64,000 nt of DNA from Mobula hypostoma (taxonomy: Eukaryota). The notes under the pieces were generated by a model, which had not been told where the DNA came from, did not search any database, and saw only the letters and a program-made list of their open reading frames with translations. The position numbers were made by a program, and so were the translations under genes. The stretch is taken from positions 82,338,001-82,402,000 of the forward strand of contig NC_086097.1 in assembly GCF_963921235.1 (NCBI RefSeq), in the 5' to 3' direction. This document shows, one piece after another, positions 25,210 through 37,308 of this stretch. Positions within the stretch are counted from its first letter, which is position 1, and the number at the start of each line of letters is the position of its first letter.

Positions 25210-25734
25210 TAATTATCTTCAAATCACAAATTTTGAGATAAGCGAAAATGCTTCCCGCCGTGATCCTACAAACCTCATGAAAATTCATAGGGTTTGAATG
25301 GTGAGGGTTAGATAAACGGCCAATTGCTCTCTGCCCTTACAGAGATCAAAACCAGAGATTTAACTGATACAAGAAAATTGCTGAAATGCGGCCTCAAGAC
25401 CTGTGGATTCAGTAGAAAAACCTGATGTATTGAACTTTGTTTAATTGACACCCTACTGTTGTATTGCATGTTGGCAACTGTCTTATTGCTTGGGATCTCT
25501 CCCATGCTTACTGTGAGGGAGTAAATACTGCTGACTTATTGAAATCATAAAGACTGCACAACTCAAAAGAAGAGTATTTAGTTTTTTATGTTGCTATTGA
25601 TTGGAAAAGATCTATCCAATTAAATCCTACCTTCCAGAACAGCTCTTGGCTCTTCAGGTTCACATCCAACTACTTCCAATTGACACAGTTTCAGGAGTTA
25701 TTCAGATTAGACATGGGGCTTCTTGCACACAGAA

Positions 25735-26030
25735 GCTACCCTGATCATCAAGCACCCATTCACACTAATCCCAATTTACTCTTCCTTCATTCCTCTCCTG
25801 ACTGCCCCAAACTCTACAGTTCACCCACACACCAGGAGCATCAATAGTGGCCAATTAATCAATCAATCAGCACATGTTTAGGATGTTGGAGGAAACGAGA
25901 ACAACTGGGAAAAAATTGACATGGGCCTGGTGAATGTGCGAACTCCCCACAGACAGAAACTGAGGTCAGGAATGAACCTGGGACGCTAGAACTGTTAAGC
26001 AGCAGCTTTGCCAGATGTTCAGCTGTACCA
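25735..26030 (-). mobile_element. Old V-domain SINE
   Basis: GGCCAATTAA, GGAGGAAAC, GAACTCCCCACAGACAG, GGAATGAACCTGGG (B-box on minus strand). Confidence 0.6.
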
Positions 26031-27239
26031 ATGAGGCATACTTGAGAGCTTCTGCCTCTGCACCCAGAGTGAAAACTATTTCCTTTATCTGCCCTTGAAT
26101 CCTGTTTTAAATTGCTGTCCCCTGGTTTTTGCCCCTCTCCTTGTTTCTTTCCTATTTACTTTCTGTGTCTCTCATAATTTTATACATTTGATTAAGTCTC
26201 TTATCAGCCTTCTGCTGAAGTGGCAGAATGCTACAAATATCTCTATGTGTGGCTAAGGAGCTATCAATCAACCTCTCCCTAGAGACATGAACATTACAAA
26301 AATATTCTTCACCATTAGGCAAAGCTGTCATTCATAGTGAAGTTTGCTGAATCTGTCTTAAAGAATAACAATAAATTTTGAAGACAAATTTACACTACAA
26401 AGTAGAAAAACAAAGTTGCAATCAAATTATTAACACATTTAAGATATTTGTGTGCTAATTTTCTAATAATTTTAGCCTTAATTTTTCTTGTCAACTTCTT
26501 TAAAATAATACCACTAGAAGTTTACACTGCTGTTTCTTCACAACTGATTATAATGTATGTTGTCTTGGAATTGAATTGAATCCAGTGGATAATTTGATAT
26601 TTTTATTGTTAACCAAAAGTATTAAGGAATACAAAGATGGATGTATGATGTTAGGTGGTCTTTGATCTCACTGAATGGTGTGCCAGGTTTGAGGGGCTAA
26701 ATGTACAATTGCTATGTTCCTTACTACCAAATTCTATATACCCCTGGAAGAACTTCTCACAATTTCCCCCACTCACAATTTTCGAACGTGTTATTTTGGA
26801 ATTATAGCCTGTCTTTTTAGGCTTGTGGTTGAGCCTTGGGAGGAAGAATTTTGGAAGACATTAGTCTATTATTTTAATCTGGCTAATAATTTAATCACTT
26901 TTTCAAAATAACAGCGAGAGTAATACATATCTTACAGCTTTCATGTACCAGTGCCTTCCAGGGTGACATTTTGGGAGGAAATGGATCAGCGTTGTTTCAG
27001 AGTTCAGAGTCTTGATTGCGAAGTATTGGAGCTATGTGTTCATGTCTTACCCTGGAGACTTTCATACTCAGTCTCAATTGCTAATTAAGTGAAGTACCCT
27101 TTGGTGTACTGTACTTTCAGTCGAACTTTAAGTCTTTCTGTTTCCTAGAACATTCACATTGTGGAAGGGTTAAACTTCCAAGTTTTTGGATTGGTTTCAC
27201 CATGGACTAACAAGAGGCCGGAATTACTCAAACTCAGTT

Positions 27240-27520
27240 GATAGATTTACAGTGTCATATGGCATGGAAACAGGTTGTTCTTTCCAACTTGTCCGCATGA
27301 CCAGGATACCTATCTAAACCAATCCTTCTGAACCATGTACCTGTCCCAGTGTCTTTTAAATGTAATAATTATGCTTGCCTCTACTATCTTCTCTGGCAGC
27401 CCATTCCACGTACTCACTATCCTCTGTGTAGAAAAACTTGTCCCTCAGCTTCTCTTTGAATCTTTCCGCTTTTATCGTAAACCAATGCTGTCTAGTTTTA
27501 GACTGTCCTACACTGGAAAA
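27240..27520 (-). mobile_element. CR1 LINE 3' fragment
   Basis: Minus: KTRQHWFTIKAERFKEKLRDKFFYT; CR1-type tail ATGGAAACAGG. Confidence 0.75.
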
Positions 27521-27659
27521 GTAGTTTCTCCTCATCACCATCGGAAATCTATATCCTGAAGAATGAGAGGGAATCTTATAGAAACATATAACATTATGAA
27601 AGGGATAGAGAAGATAGAGACAGGAAAATGGTTTTCACTTGTAAGAGAGACATTGCCTC

Positions 27660-27948
27660 AAGATTTTATTTTGAGATACAACATCGAATAGGTCTCAACA
27701 CCATGCCGGTCAGCAACCCCCGGCAACTGTGATTTAAACCTAACCCAATCACGGGACAATTTACAATGACCAATTAGCCTACCTGGTATGTCTTTGGACC
27801 GTTGGAGGAAACCGGAGCACTCAGAGAAAACCCACAGATTCCACGTGGAGGACGAACAAACTCCATACAGAGGATGCTGGGATTGAACTCCAAACTCCCA
27901 GGCCCCGAGCCATAACGGTGTCACGCTGACCACTACATTACCATGGTA
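27660..27948 (-). mobile_element. tRNA-derived V-domain SINE
   Basis: ACGGGACAATTTACAATGACCAATTA, GGAGGAAACCGGAGCAC, GGATTGAACTC, CACTACATTACCATG. Confidence 0.85.
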
Positions 27949-27959
27949 TCGTGAATCTG

Positions 27960-28220
27960 AAACGCATCTGCTAGAACTTACACCTTTTCTGTCAATACCC
28001 TGGGATACATCCCATCAGGACCAGGGGATTTGTCCACCTTTCAGCCCAGTACTTTGCTCATCACTCCCCCTTTAGTGATAGCGATTGTATCAACATCCTC
28101 ACTTCCCGCCACATCTCTATGGAATGTTAAACATATCCTACTCCAGGAAGACTAATGCAAAGCAGTCATTCAAGGCCACAACCATTACCACTTTACCCAA
28201 TATTAATTCCCCCTTCTCAA
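27960..28220 (-). mobile_element. CR1 LINE ORF2 fragment
   Basis: Minus: NDCFALVFLE...VDKSPGPDGMYPRVL. Confidence 0.75.
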
Positions 28221-29651
28221 ATCTGCTTGTCTGTGATACATGGTTCTGAAGGGTGCTTTAGTCATTTGATCAGAAGTAAATTGCAAACTTGTGTGGACTC
28301 ATGTAGCTCCAAGACTTGGTGACTGACAGGTGCTATTGCTCTGCTGTTGGGCTTCAGATATTGCCAACCAATTGCTTTTCAGATCCTTAGGTCGCAATAG
28401 AGACATAATCTGATATTTTATGTGTCTCAGTAGAGATTCCCAGCTATGAAATGTTAAATGTTTTTTAGTTTTGAAGTGCTTTGGTTTGTTAAACTCTATT
28501 TTATATTAATTTTGATAGTTTTTAGGTGTCTCTGAGTGTCAGAGATATTTAACAGCGGTTTAAAAAATCTCTATTTTTAGCTCCTGTTAAAGAGTGCCAG
28601 AGACAATTTGTTGTCAGGCCTCTACATGGTCGCCTGAGACGTAGTTGTCTTTGGGACTGCATGGCCTGATTTGGGGTACAGGGAGCCAAAAGGCTTTGCC
28701 CTACACATCCTGACGGGGTAAATGTGTGCCAACAGTGGCCACGGGCATTCAGTGTGGGTGGTGACTGGGCTCAGAACGTTCTGACCTATTGGCATGTCAT
28801 CGCTGGATAAAATTATTCAGCATCCAGATATACTTCCAGAATATGGAATGAGATCTGACACCTTATAAGCAAGTTACAGTATTATTATCGATACACCTGT
28901 TCTAGCAACCTTTGCTAAATGCAAGCCTGCAATCAAGCTGCTCGGTGAGGCAGAATTAGTGATTAAATTAATGAGAGTAAGTCAGAATTTTAGGAGAAAA
29001 GCACATCCCCCTGAAATGTTAACTTTCTATCCACAAGTAGTTTAGTTATTGTTAGGATTTTGACGTCGCTGGCAAGGCCAGCTTTTGTTATCCATATCCG
29101 ACTGCTTTTAGGAAGCAGATAACGAGCTTCCTTCTTCAACCACAGAATTACAACTGCCTAACTTGCTGAAAACATACAACATTTTCTCATTTTATGTCAA
29201 ATTTTCACCATCCATAACATTTCATTTCTTTTGTTATTTTCTTTATCAGGATATCTCAGAACCATTTTAGTTACGTATGCAGGAGATTTAACCAACAAAA
29301 AGAATCAGCAATGTCCTCCTTCTTCAAAGAAAGTGGCTTCCCTTCCTCCAACATCAATCCTGCCCTCATTCACATCTACTCCATTTTGTGCACAACTGCC
29401 CTCACACTGCAATACCAGCGAAAGGTTCCTCTTATCCTCACCTACCACACCATTAGCCTCTGTGCCCAGCACATAATTCTCCATACCTTCTGCCATCTCC
29501 AACAGGAATCCACCACTAAGCACACCTTTCCCTCTCCCACACTCCCCACTTTCCATTTTCCACAGGGATCGCTCCTCATGCGACTCATTGTTCACTCGTC
29601 CCTCCCACTGATCTCCCTCCTGGTACTTATCCTTGCAAGCAGAACAAGTGG

Positions 29652-30143
29652 CACACCTGTCTCTACACCTCCTTCACTGGCACACCTGTCCCTACACCTC
29701 CTTCACTAACACACCTGTCCCTACACCTCCTTCACTAACACACCTGTCTCTACACCTCCTTCACTGGCACACCTGTCCCTACACCTCCTTCACTAACACA
29801 CCTGTCCCTACACCTCCTTCACTGGCACACCTGTCCCTACACCTCCTTCACTAACACACCTGTCCCTACACCTCCTTCACTGGCACACCTGTCCCTACAC
29901 CTCCTTCACTAACACACCTGTCCCTACACCTCCTTCACTGGCACACCTGTCCCTACACCTCCTTCACTGGCACACCTGTCCCTACACCTCCTTCACTAAC
30001 ACACCTGTCCCTACACCTCCTTCACTGGCACACCCTGTCCCTACACCTCCTTCACTAACACACCTGTCCCTACACCTCCTTCACTGGCACACCTGTCCCT
30101 ACACCTCCTTCACTAACACACCTGTCCCTACACCTCCTTCACT
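29652..30143 (+). repeat. 29-bp minisatellite, ~17 copies
   Basis: CACACCTGTCCCTACACCTCCTTCACT(GG/AA) repeated. Confidence 0.98.
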
Positions 30144-30367
30144 ACCATTCAGGTCTCCAAACAATCTTTCCAAGTGAGGCGACACTTCACCTGTGCGTCT
30201 GTATCCGGTGCTCCCGGTGTGGCCTCCTGTATATCTCTTTCACCAATCCACTTCCCAGCTCTTTACTTCATCTCCTCTCCTTCTCCTGATTTCACCTATC
30301 ACCTGCCATCTTGTCCTTCTTCCTCCCTAAACCCCACCCTTTTATTTTGACTTCTCCCCTTCCTTTC

Positions 30368-30405
30368 CAGTTCTGATGAAGGGTCTCAACTCAAAATATT
30401 GACTG
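30368..30405 (+). ncRNA. Degenerate minimal hammerhead ribozyme
   Basis: CAGTT-CTGATGA-AGGGTCTCAACTC-AAAATATT-GACTG; G12 and stem II mutated. Confidence 0.6.
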
Positions 30406-30857
30406 TTTATTCTTTTCCATAGATGTTGCCTGGCCTGCTGAGTTCCTCCAGTATTCTGTGTTCATTGTTTTGGATTTCCAATATCTACAGATTTTCTCAT
30501 GGATCAGAAAGATTTTGTTATATTTAGTTATGAACTATACATCCTTGATCTTAAATTACATACAGAAAATGCTGGGAATACTCAGTCAATTAGGCCTTCT
30601 CTGTGGAAAGAAAACTGGAGTTAATGTTTAGATCGAAGAACCATTCACATGTGATGAATATTCACCGTCCAAGGCCAGGCAGCCCCTCCTTTTCCTCAAG
30701 CTCAGATTCCTAAACACAGCAGCTGTGAGCTTCTGGAGATCAAAGGGTCTTTCTTGAGTAAGTTAAACTTCCAACCAGAATTCCTTGTCATAAAAGGGAC
30801 CCAGCCTTCAGTTCTTAATGTGAGTTGCAAGGAATAATCAGACTGAAGTTAAAAGCA

Positions 30858-31110
30858 ACACACATCAAAGTTGCTGGTGGAATGCAGCAGGCCAGGCAGC
30901 ATCTCTAGGAAGAGGTGCAGTCGACGTTTCGGGCCGAGACCCTTCGTCAGGACTAACTGAAGGAAGAGCTAGTAAGAGATTTGAAAGTGGGAGGGGGAGG
31001 CCCGAAACGTCGACTGTACCTCTTCCTAGAGATTCTGCCTGGCCTGCTGTGTTCACCAGCAACTTTGATGTGTGTTGCTTGGATTTTCAGCATCTGCAGA
31101 ATTCCTCGTG
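30858..31110. mobile_element. Short PLE-derived hairpin insertion with 15-bp TSD
   Basis: ~80-bp inverted arms 30854-30934/30999-31080; TSD CTGAAGTTAAAAGCA at 30843-30857 and 31111-31125. Confidence 0.92.
30918..30955 (-). ncRNA. Minimal type I hammerhead ribozyme, intact core
   Basis: UAGUC-CUGACGA-A-GGGUCUCGGCCC-GAAACGUC^GACUG: helix I UAGUC/GACUG, helix II GGG/CCC, palindromic ACGU helix III; predicted cut between 30923 and 30922. Confidence 0.8.
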
Positions 31111-32229
31111 CTGAAGTTAAAAGCACAGCTTTGCAAACAGCACTGTCTATAAAGAAGAATTTCTGACCCACAGCATGAGGCTATCTGCTCAAGTGATGCG
31201 GTGTAAAACAATGGTTTTATGTTAATTGGGTTTCTCCCAAACCAGACAACACTAGCTAAGTTATTTAGTTCCAGGAACTTTGCAGACTTGATTCATACTA
31301 TCACTTAGACAATCAAACAGCTGATCTATTAATAGTTGGAAGTTATGTGTACTCAAGACAGCCAGCTTCAAAGCACTAATTGTGACTGTTTGTGATATCC
31401 GTCCCCAGAAGCTTTTAAACCACCTGTGTGAAAAGGCGTCTGAAAAAATATCACATGGGGGTGAAGTCACTCAAGTGTAAGAAAAGCAGTGTAAATGTAA
31501 GACAGCAGTCAATCTTAGACTGGGAATATTTAAAGAACATCAAGAGAAAGGACAGAAACATGCGGTGAGCTAGAATCCATTCTTCTGCCTTCAATTTCTG
31601 CGATGGGTGATTTGTTCATCTGCAACTCGTAGATATGTCTTTTTTAGCTTATAGGAATTGTACCTGTGCTTTGGAAATCCTTGGTGTTTGTAATTTCGAA
31701 GTCTTTTCTCAGATAGATATCCTCTGTGAGTTTTAAATGTGTTTTAAGAATGTTGGCTGAATTTAAACATTTATCACTGAAATATATGAACTGTGTTTAA
31801 ACTACTTTTTTAGCTGAAAGCATCTCCTCCTTGGTAAGGAGGGGGGACCTTCCATCCAAATAGTAGTTATTGGTAGCTAAGCTCGCTGTGGAGAATAAAG
31901 AGGGAAGTGAAGTAATCTTTGAAGTGTAGGTAGCTACAGTATAACCTCCCTTTAGTGAGGGTGCCTGTGACTATGTTGCAAAAGGCTTATGGTCTTCCTT
32001 TGAGTTTAGAAATTCGCATTCAGCAAACTCAGTGTCATCACGATCAGAATTAGGAATGAGAGAAAAGAAGATTGTTAAGCTGTAGAAAGGATGAGGGAAG
32101 GAACTGTTTATTGCAAAACAAGAATGACTGCAGTAGTAAGTTGCAAACAAGGTTATCTGGTCAATTTTAATTTATATCCCTGCTCTTGTTTGAAAAGGAG
32201 GGTTTGATATGAAAGCAAACATTGCAATG

Positions 32230-32335
32230 AGTCACACAGTAAATACTGGAGGAACTCAGAAGTTCAGGCAGCATCTATGGAAATGAATAAACAATCAATG
32301 TTTCCAGCTAAGGCCCTCCTTCAGGATTCTGCAAT
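32230..32335 (-). mobile_element. PLE terminal-repeat fragment
   Basis: ACTGGAGGAACTCAG...CAGGCAGCATCTATGG followed by a decayed hammerhead-like motif. Confidence 0.7.
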
Positions 32336-32622
32336 TGTAGTGTGTACCTGCTAAAATCACCTCCAGAATACAGCACTTATGAAGTGACCTAAATATTAGA
32401 GTGCCTGTGGTATTAGCAGTGTTGATGTCACTTGCAGGGTGTTGACAGAACCCTAGTGCTACGTTATTCAACATTAAATAGATCTTGGCAAAATGTCTGA
32501 AGCTGTAAATAATCAAGAGCTATATGTTATACCCACAGATATGTTTTCCATCTTTGATACCCAACAATTCATTGTTCAGCCTCTATTTAACAGTATTTTC
32601 CCCGTTTTGATCAGAATCTTTA

Positions 32623-32851
32623 CGGGGAAACATCGACTCAGACCATGAGAGGCCTGCATCGGGCATTTTCATGCCTTACAAGGTGCAGATTGGAAGTCTG
32701 TGTGGGGCGCCACTCCTCGCACAGACTAGAGCAATGTGTGATTAAGTGCCTTGCTCAAGGGCACAAACACGCTGCCACAGCTAAGTCTCGAACTAGCAAC
32801 CTTGAGATTACTAGATGAATGTCTTAACCACTTGGCCAAGTGCCCAACACA
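32623..32851 (-). mobile_element. tRNA-derived SINE with CORE-like block
   Basis: Minus: TGGCCAAGTGG A-box, GTTCGAGAC B-box, CCCTTGAGCAAGGCACTTAA; 8-bp TSD AATCTTTA. Confidence 0.85.
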
Positions 32852-33452
32852 AATCTTTAAGTTATTTCAAAAAGAAACTTTATTCATACAACTATATACA
32901 AAAATACAAAGTAGTACACAGTTTCCTTTACATTCTTAGTGTAATTAAGTCTATGCATTAGTAGTCCCTTCCAGTTAATAATCCTATGTACAAAACACTC
33001 AGTAGCCTCTGGACAATATGCCCTTCAAGGGTTTGCAAGGCTGTTACACAGGATCTAGGACCTCACTATCTATAACATCAGGACCTAAGATTGTAGTCCT
33101 TTGTATTGTTGCTTCGTGTTTCAGTATGTTCCTGAGCAAGTACTCCTGGAGCCTGGAATATGCCAACCTGGCCGCATCCTTTAAGGATGATCCATAAATG
33201 TTAGCCTTGCCGTTGGTGCTCACATCCAAAAAACCACTTTGCCTATTTGCATGTTTACAGCTCCATTTGAAGTCTACATTCCTCAAAGGTACGTGGCAGC
33301 TGAGTTTTTATCCACAGAGCTTTGAATCAAACAGATATGAAAAGAAGCAGCTGTGAATCATTCATCTGGCCCCATCTGCTTGATTCAGTTCCCCAATATT
33401 GATGAATGCCTGGTCTCCCTGCACGTGGATCTGGAGATGGATGCCATAAAGG

Positions 33453-34078
33453 CGGGAGGAGAACATGGCAGCGCGACGCGCGCTCGCAGCTCCCCAGTAA
33501 AAATGATATCATTTCTGTTAAATAGGGGCCATGGACAATTCTGATTTGATGAAGACAGACGTGAGAAGCAGAGGAACATCTGGAGAAATTTCTGGAATGC
33601 CTGGTTTGCTGCTGTTATTACAGTGCGATCGAGAATCTCCAAAGAGTAGGTCCCAAAATCCCCGGCTTTGCCTGCTGCTGGCGACCGAGACTGAGGTCGA
33701 AATGTTCAGAGATGGTGCTCGGTACTCGGTGTCGGACACTGATCAGAGCTCGAAAATTTCGCTCGACTCAAGAGTCGGACTGTGGTCGGGCATGACAGGG
33801 AGAGTTTTCTTCCTTCTCCCATCTGCGTGAGATGTGGGACTTTCGAGAAACTTTGAACTTTTTTACTGTGCCATGGACTGTTCTTCATCAAGTTATGGTA
33901 TCGCCGCACTGTTGTAACTATATGTTATAATTATGTGGTTTTGTTCGTTTTTCAGTCTTGGTCTGTCCTGTGTTTTTGTGATATCACAATGGAGGAATTT
34001 TGTATCATTTCTTAATGCATGCATTACTAAATGGCAATAAAAGAGGACTGCGTGTCCTCATAATCTAAACCAATCTAA
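33453..34078 (+). mobile_element. CpG-rich non-autonomous LINE-derived element (LINE-like head, AATAAA and AATCT tail)
   Basis: Starts AACATGGCAGCGCGACGCG; ends CAATAAAAGAGGACTG...AATCTAAACCAATCTAA; no coding homology recognised. Confidence 0.65.
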
Positions 34079-34624
34079 AATGGTTGCTAGTGCTCAGTAT
34101 CAAGGCTCCTACTCGAACAATGTCCTCTTGGTTGAGACAATGGAGAACATGCAAGGACTATGGAGTCCTGTGAATGATCTACAGCTTCTATAATGAACAA
34201 ATAAAACAGTATCAAAGCAGAAAGAAGACTCCGACCAGCTGATAGCCGATTGTTTATGCAGTCCATCCCATGTTTCATAATGTTGGCAGATGACATTATG
34301 GAGAAGATAAAAATGCATCCTCCTGATTCATTTTGTTGGTTAAGTCTCCTGCAGAACATACGTGTTTTTACTTTAAGCAGCACATTTTTAAATCTAGTAT
34401 GTCTAAAGTGGCCAATATAAGCTACAATCTCATAAATGAACCTGTGCTGGGAATCAATGGAGGTTATAACACTGAAGATAAAGAAAATGGTTGAAATCAT
34501 TAACAAATCAATTTTACATGCTTTGGATCTCTCCCGCAATTATCTGTTCGATTATTTATCATCTTGGTGTTTATCAGATACATACTATAGCAGTTGATGG
34601 CTTATCTTGAATTGCCTTTATTTC

Positions 34625-35408
34625 TTACATTCTTCATATACACAACGAGTAAAAATCTTTACATTACGTCTCCGTCTGAATGTGCACTATGCAATTTATA
34701 GTAGTTTGTAATAAATAGTATGTACAACAGGATAGTCAATATAACATGGAAATACAGTTGTGGAACCACGAGAAGCCATCCCGGAGCCTGTTGGTCCTGG
34801 CTTTTATGCTGCGGTACCATTTCCCGGATGATAGCAGCTGGAACAGTTTGTGGTTGGGGTGGCTCAGGTCCCCATTGATCCCTCGGACCCTTTTTACACA
34901 CCTGTCTCTCCCTCTCCCAGTGTAGATTCCCCTCCTGCTTCAAAACATCCACCGTCGTCCCTGTACCTAAAAAGACCAAGGTAACATGCATGAACGACTG
35001 GCTTCCTGTTGCACTCACCTCAGTAATAAGCAAATGCTCTGAGGGGCTGGTCAAGGATTACATCTGCAGCATGCCTCCACCCACACTGGACCCCTGCAAT
35101 TCGCCTACTGACACAACCGATGAACAGATGATGCAATAGCCACAGCTCTGCACACCGTCCTTACACACCTGGAGAAGAGGGATGCTAATGTGAGAATGCT
35201 GTTCTTGGACTACAGTTCAGCATTCAACACCATAATTCCTTCTGGGCAAGACAAGAAGCTCAGAGACCTTGGACTTCACCCTGCCTTGTGCAGCTGGATC
35301 CCAGACCTCCCAGATGGTAGCAGCTGAAGCAGTTTGTGGTTGGGGTGACTCGGTTCCCCAGTGATCCTTCGGGCCATTTTATGCACCTGTCTCTCCCTCT
35401 CCCAGTGT
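34625..35408. mobile_element. Rearranged Rex LINE fragments (minus 3' end, plus RT, duplicated junction)
   Basis: Plus [26 protein letters not shown] at 34910-35310; minus 3' end at 34625-34908. Confidence 0.8.
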
Positions 35409-35482
35409 GCTACGAGCTAAGAAGGAGTAATTGGTATGGTATCAAGTCATTAATCACTTTATATATATGTAATAAATATGTC

Positions 35483-35762
35483 ACGCTGGCATAGCAGTTA
35501 GCAAAACGCTTTTGCAGTTCCAGAGTTCTGAGTTCAATTCTGGCACTGTCTGTAAGGAGATTGTACATCCCTCAGGAACAGTGTGGGTTTCCTCCGAGTG
35601 CTCCAGTTTCCCGCCACAGCGCAGTGACGGAACAGTTTGTAGGTTATTTGGTCATTGTAGATTGTCTTGTGATTAGGCTAGTGTTAAATAGGTGGGTTGC
35701 TGGTGGTGAGGCTCATTTGGCCAGAAGGGCCTATTTCACTCTGTATCCCTAAATAAGTAAAT
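35483..35762 (+). mobile_element. tRNA-derived V-domain SINE
   Basis: GAGTTCAATTC B-box; GTGGGTTTCCTCCGAGTGCTCCAGTTTCCC; GGTCATTGTAGATTGTC. Confidence 0.8.
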
Positions 35763-37308
35763 TAGGATAGTAGGTTAAGTATGTGATGGTGCCCGTGTAC
35801 CTAAACTGACTTCCCAACATCTCTTATGAAAGAGTGCATTTTAAAATAATTGCATCATATTGCATTCCTTTCAGGGAACTGCATATTGTGTTGCCAACAA
35901 CAAGGGTAGGGTAACTTTATACCTCCAGCTTGGAAAGTATCCTCAAAGCACTTCTCAGCAATTGTATCACACAAAGAGGGTGACTAACACCTAGTTAAGA
36001 AATGAATTGGAGGGTGAGGAAGAGATTTAGTCATTCTAGGATTTAAGACCTTTAATGGCTGATGGCATAGTGATTGGTGGTGGAGCAAAATGAATGGACT
36101 GCATCCACCAGAGTTGAACGGATCACTTGGAAGATCATATGACAGGGTCAGGTTTACGGAGAGGGGAATTTGACCTTGAGGTCAATAACTTTATAATCAC
36201 ATTAGGAATGAATCAGGAACCAGTGTAGGTGGGACAACATTGGATGATGGTTGAGTCGGACGGTGCAAGATTGGAGACAGACAGCACGGATATCCATGAG
36301 CAGAGTGTGGTGCAAGACGGAAGCAGGAACTAAGAATAAAATCAGAGTTTGTATGAGATTGTGAGCAGTAAGAATACTGAAACAGAGAGTTATTCTGCAG
36401 TGCTACACAGTGGAAATAAGTGGTATGTGACAAAGAGAGGTTGTAGATGGAGGCTTCACTACAGCAAAGCCAATTCAGGTCGAGCTTTAACAATTCTGTG
36501 ATCTGAACAATTATCAATGAGCTTAGTGATTTAGTGACAGTCAGTCATCCCCCAGTCTGCACTCAGCTAACAGGAGTCACCTGCCACTCGTTTCCAGCTC
36601 ATCACCTGCAGCCTATTTAAACCCATCTCTCATCCACAGTCAGTTGTTCACCCATCAAACCAGTCAACATCAACCACTTACTCTTAGCTTTCAGACACCA
36701 TGTTGCCTTGTTGTATTAAATACCTGCTCTCTTTTGTGGCCCCGTATGGCCTGTCACTTTGCTTTTCAAGTGTGAAGTATTGTTTACTGCTAAATCATTT
36801 TCGCTGTTCTGCATTTAGGTCAAGCGTCCTGTACATTTCCTGACAGGGTGAGTAAACCAATGACTGGCTGAAAGAAGTATGCTCACCTGAAGGAAGTTGC
36901 CTGTTGACAGGAGCACATGATCCTGAAAGAGCAGTAAACCACTGGCCAAATGCTCTCCACTCTCAATCAACTCTCTATCTCAGCAATCCCACAATAGTCA
37001 ACCTTCTCCATTAGAGCTCTAGATTTCAGTGCCCAAATACATCAACACATTCCCAGCCCAATGCTGCAACTTCCTGTTCCAGTGTGTTTCACAATTCCAG
37101 TTCCAACCATCTCTGTATTTTACAGACTGGGCCAAAATTGCTTTCGCCATCTCTTCCCTGACCGGACGAGCACTACACTTGGACTGCTGTCAACTGGCAG
37201 AATAAGGTACCATTTGCAATAAATATGAGGAATTCACCGGGGTTTCTGATCATCCGGGAAGTGAAAGGTGGGCAACGGATTGGATACTTCACCTGTGTCA
37301 GAGCTTTA

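Larger units (their letters stand above)
29305..30505 (+). mobile_element. Penelope-like retroelement 3' part (RT-GIY-YIG linker, Zn motif, UTR, terminal repeat)
   Basis: MSSFFKESGFPSS...VPLILTYH...GTYPCKQNKWHTC...KQSFQVRRHFTC..CIRCSRCGLLYI; then pyrimidine UTR and hammerhead-like motif. Confidence 0.9.

Noticed and set aside
29652..30143. CRISPR-like regular 29-bp repeats
   Set aside because: No unique spacers, eukaryotic context, no cas genes; simple minisatellite
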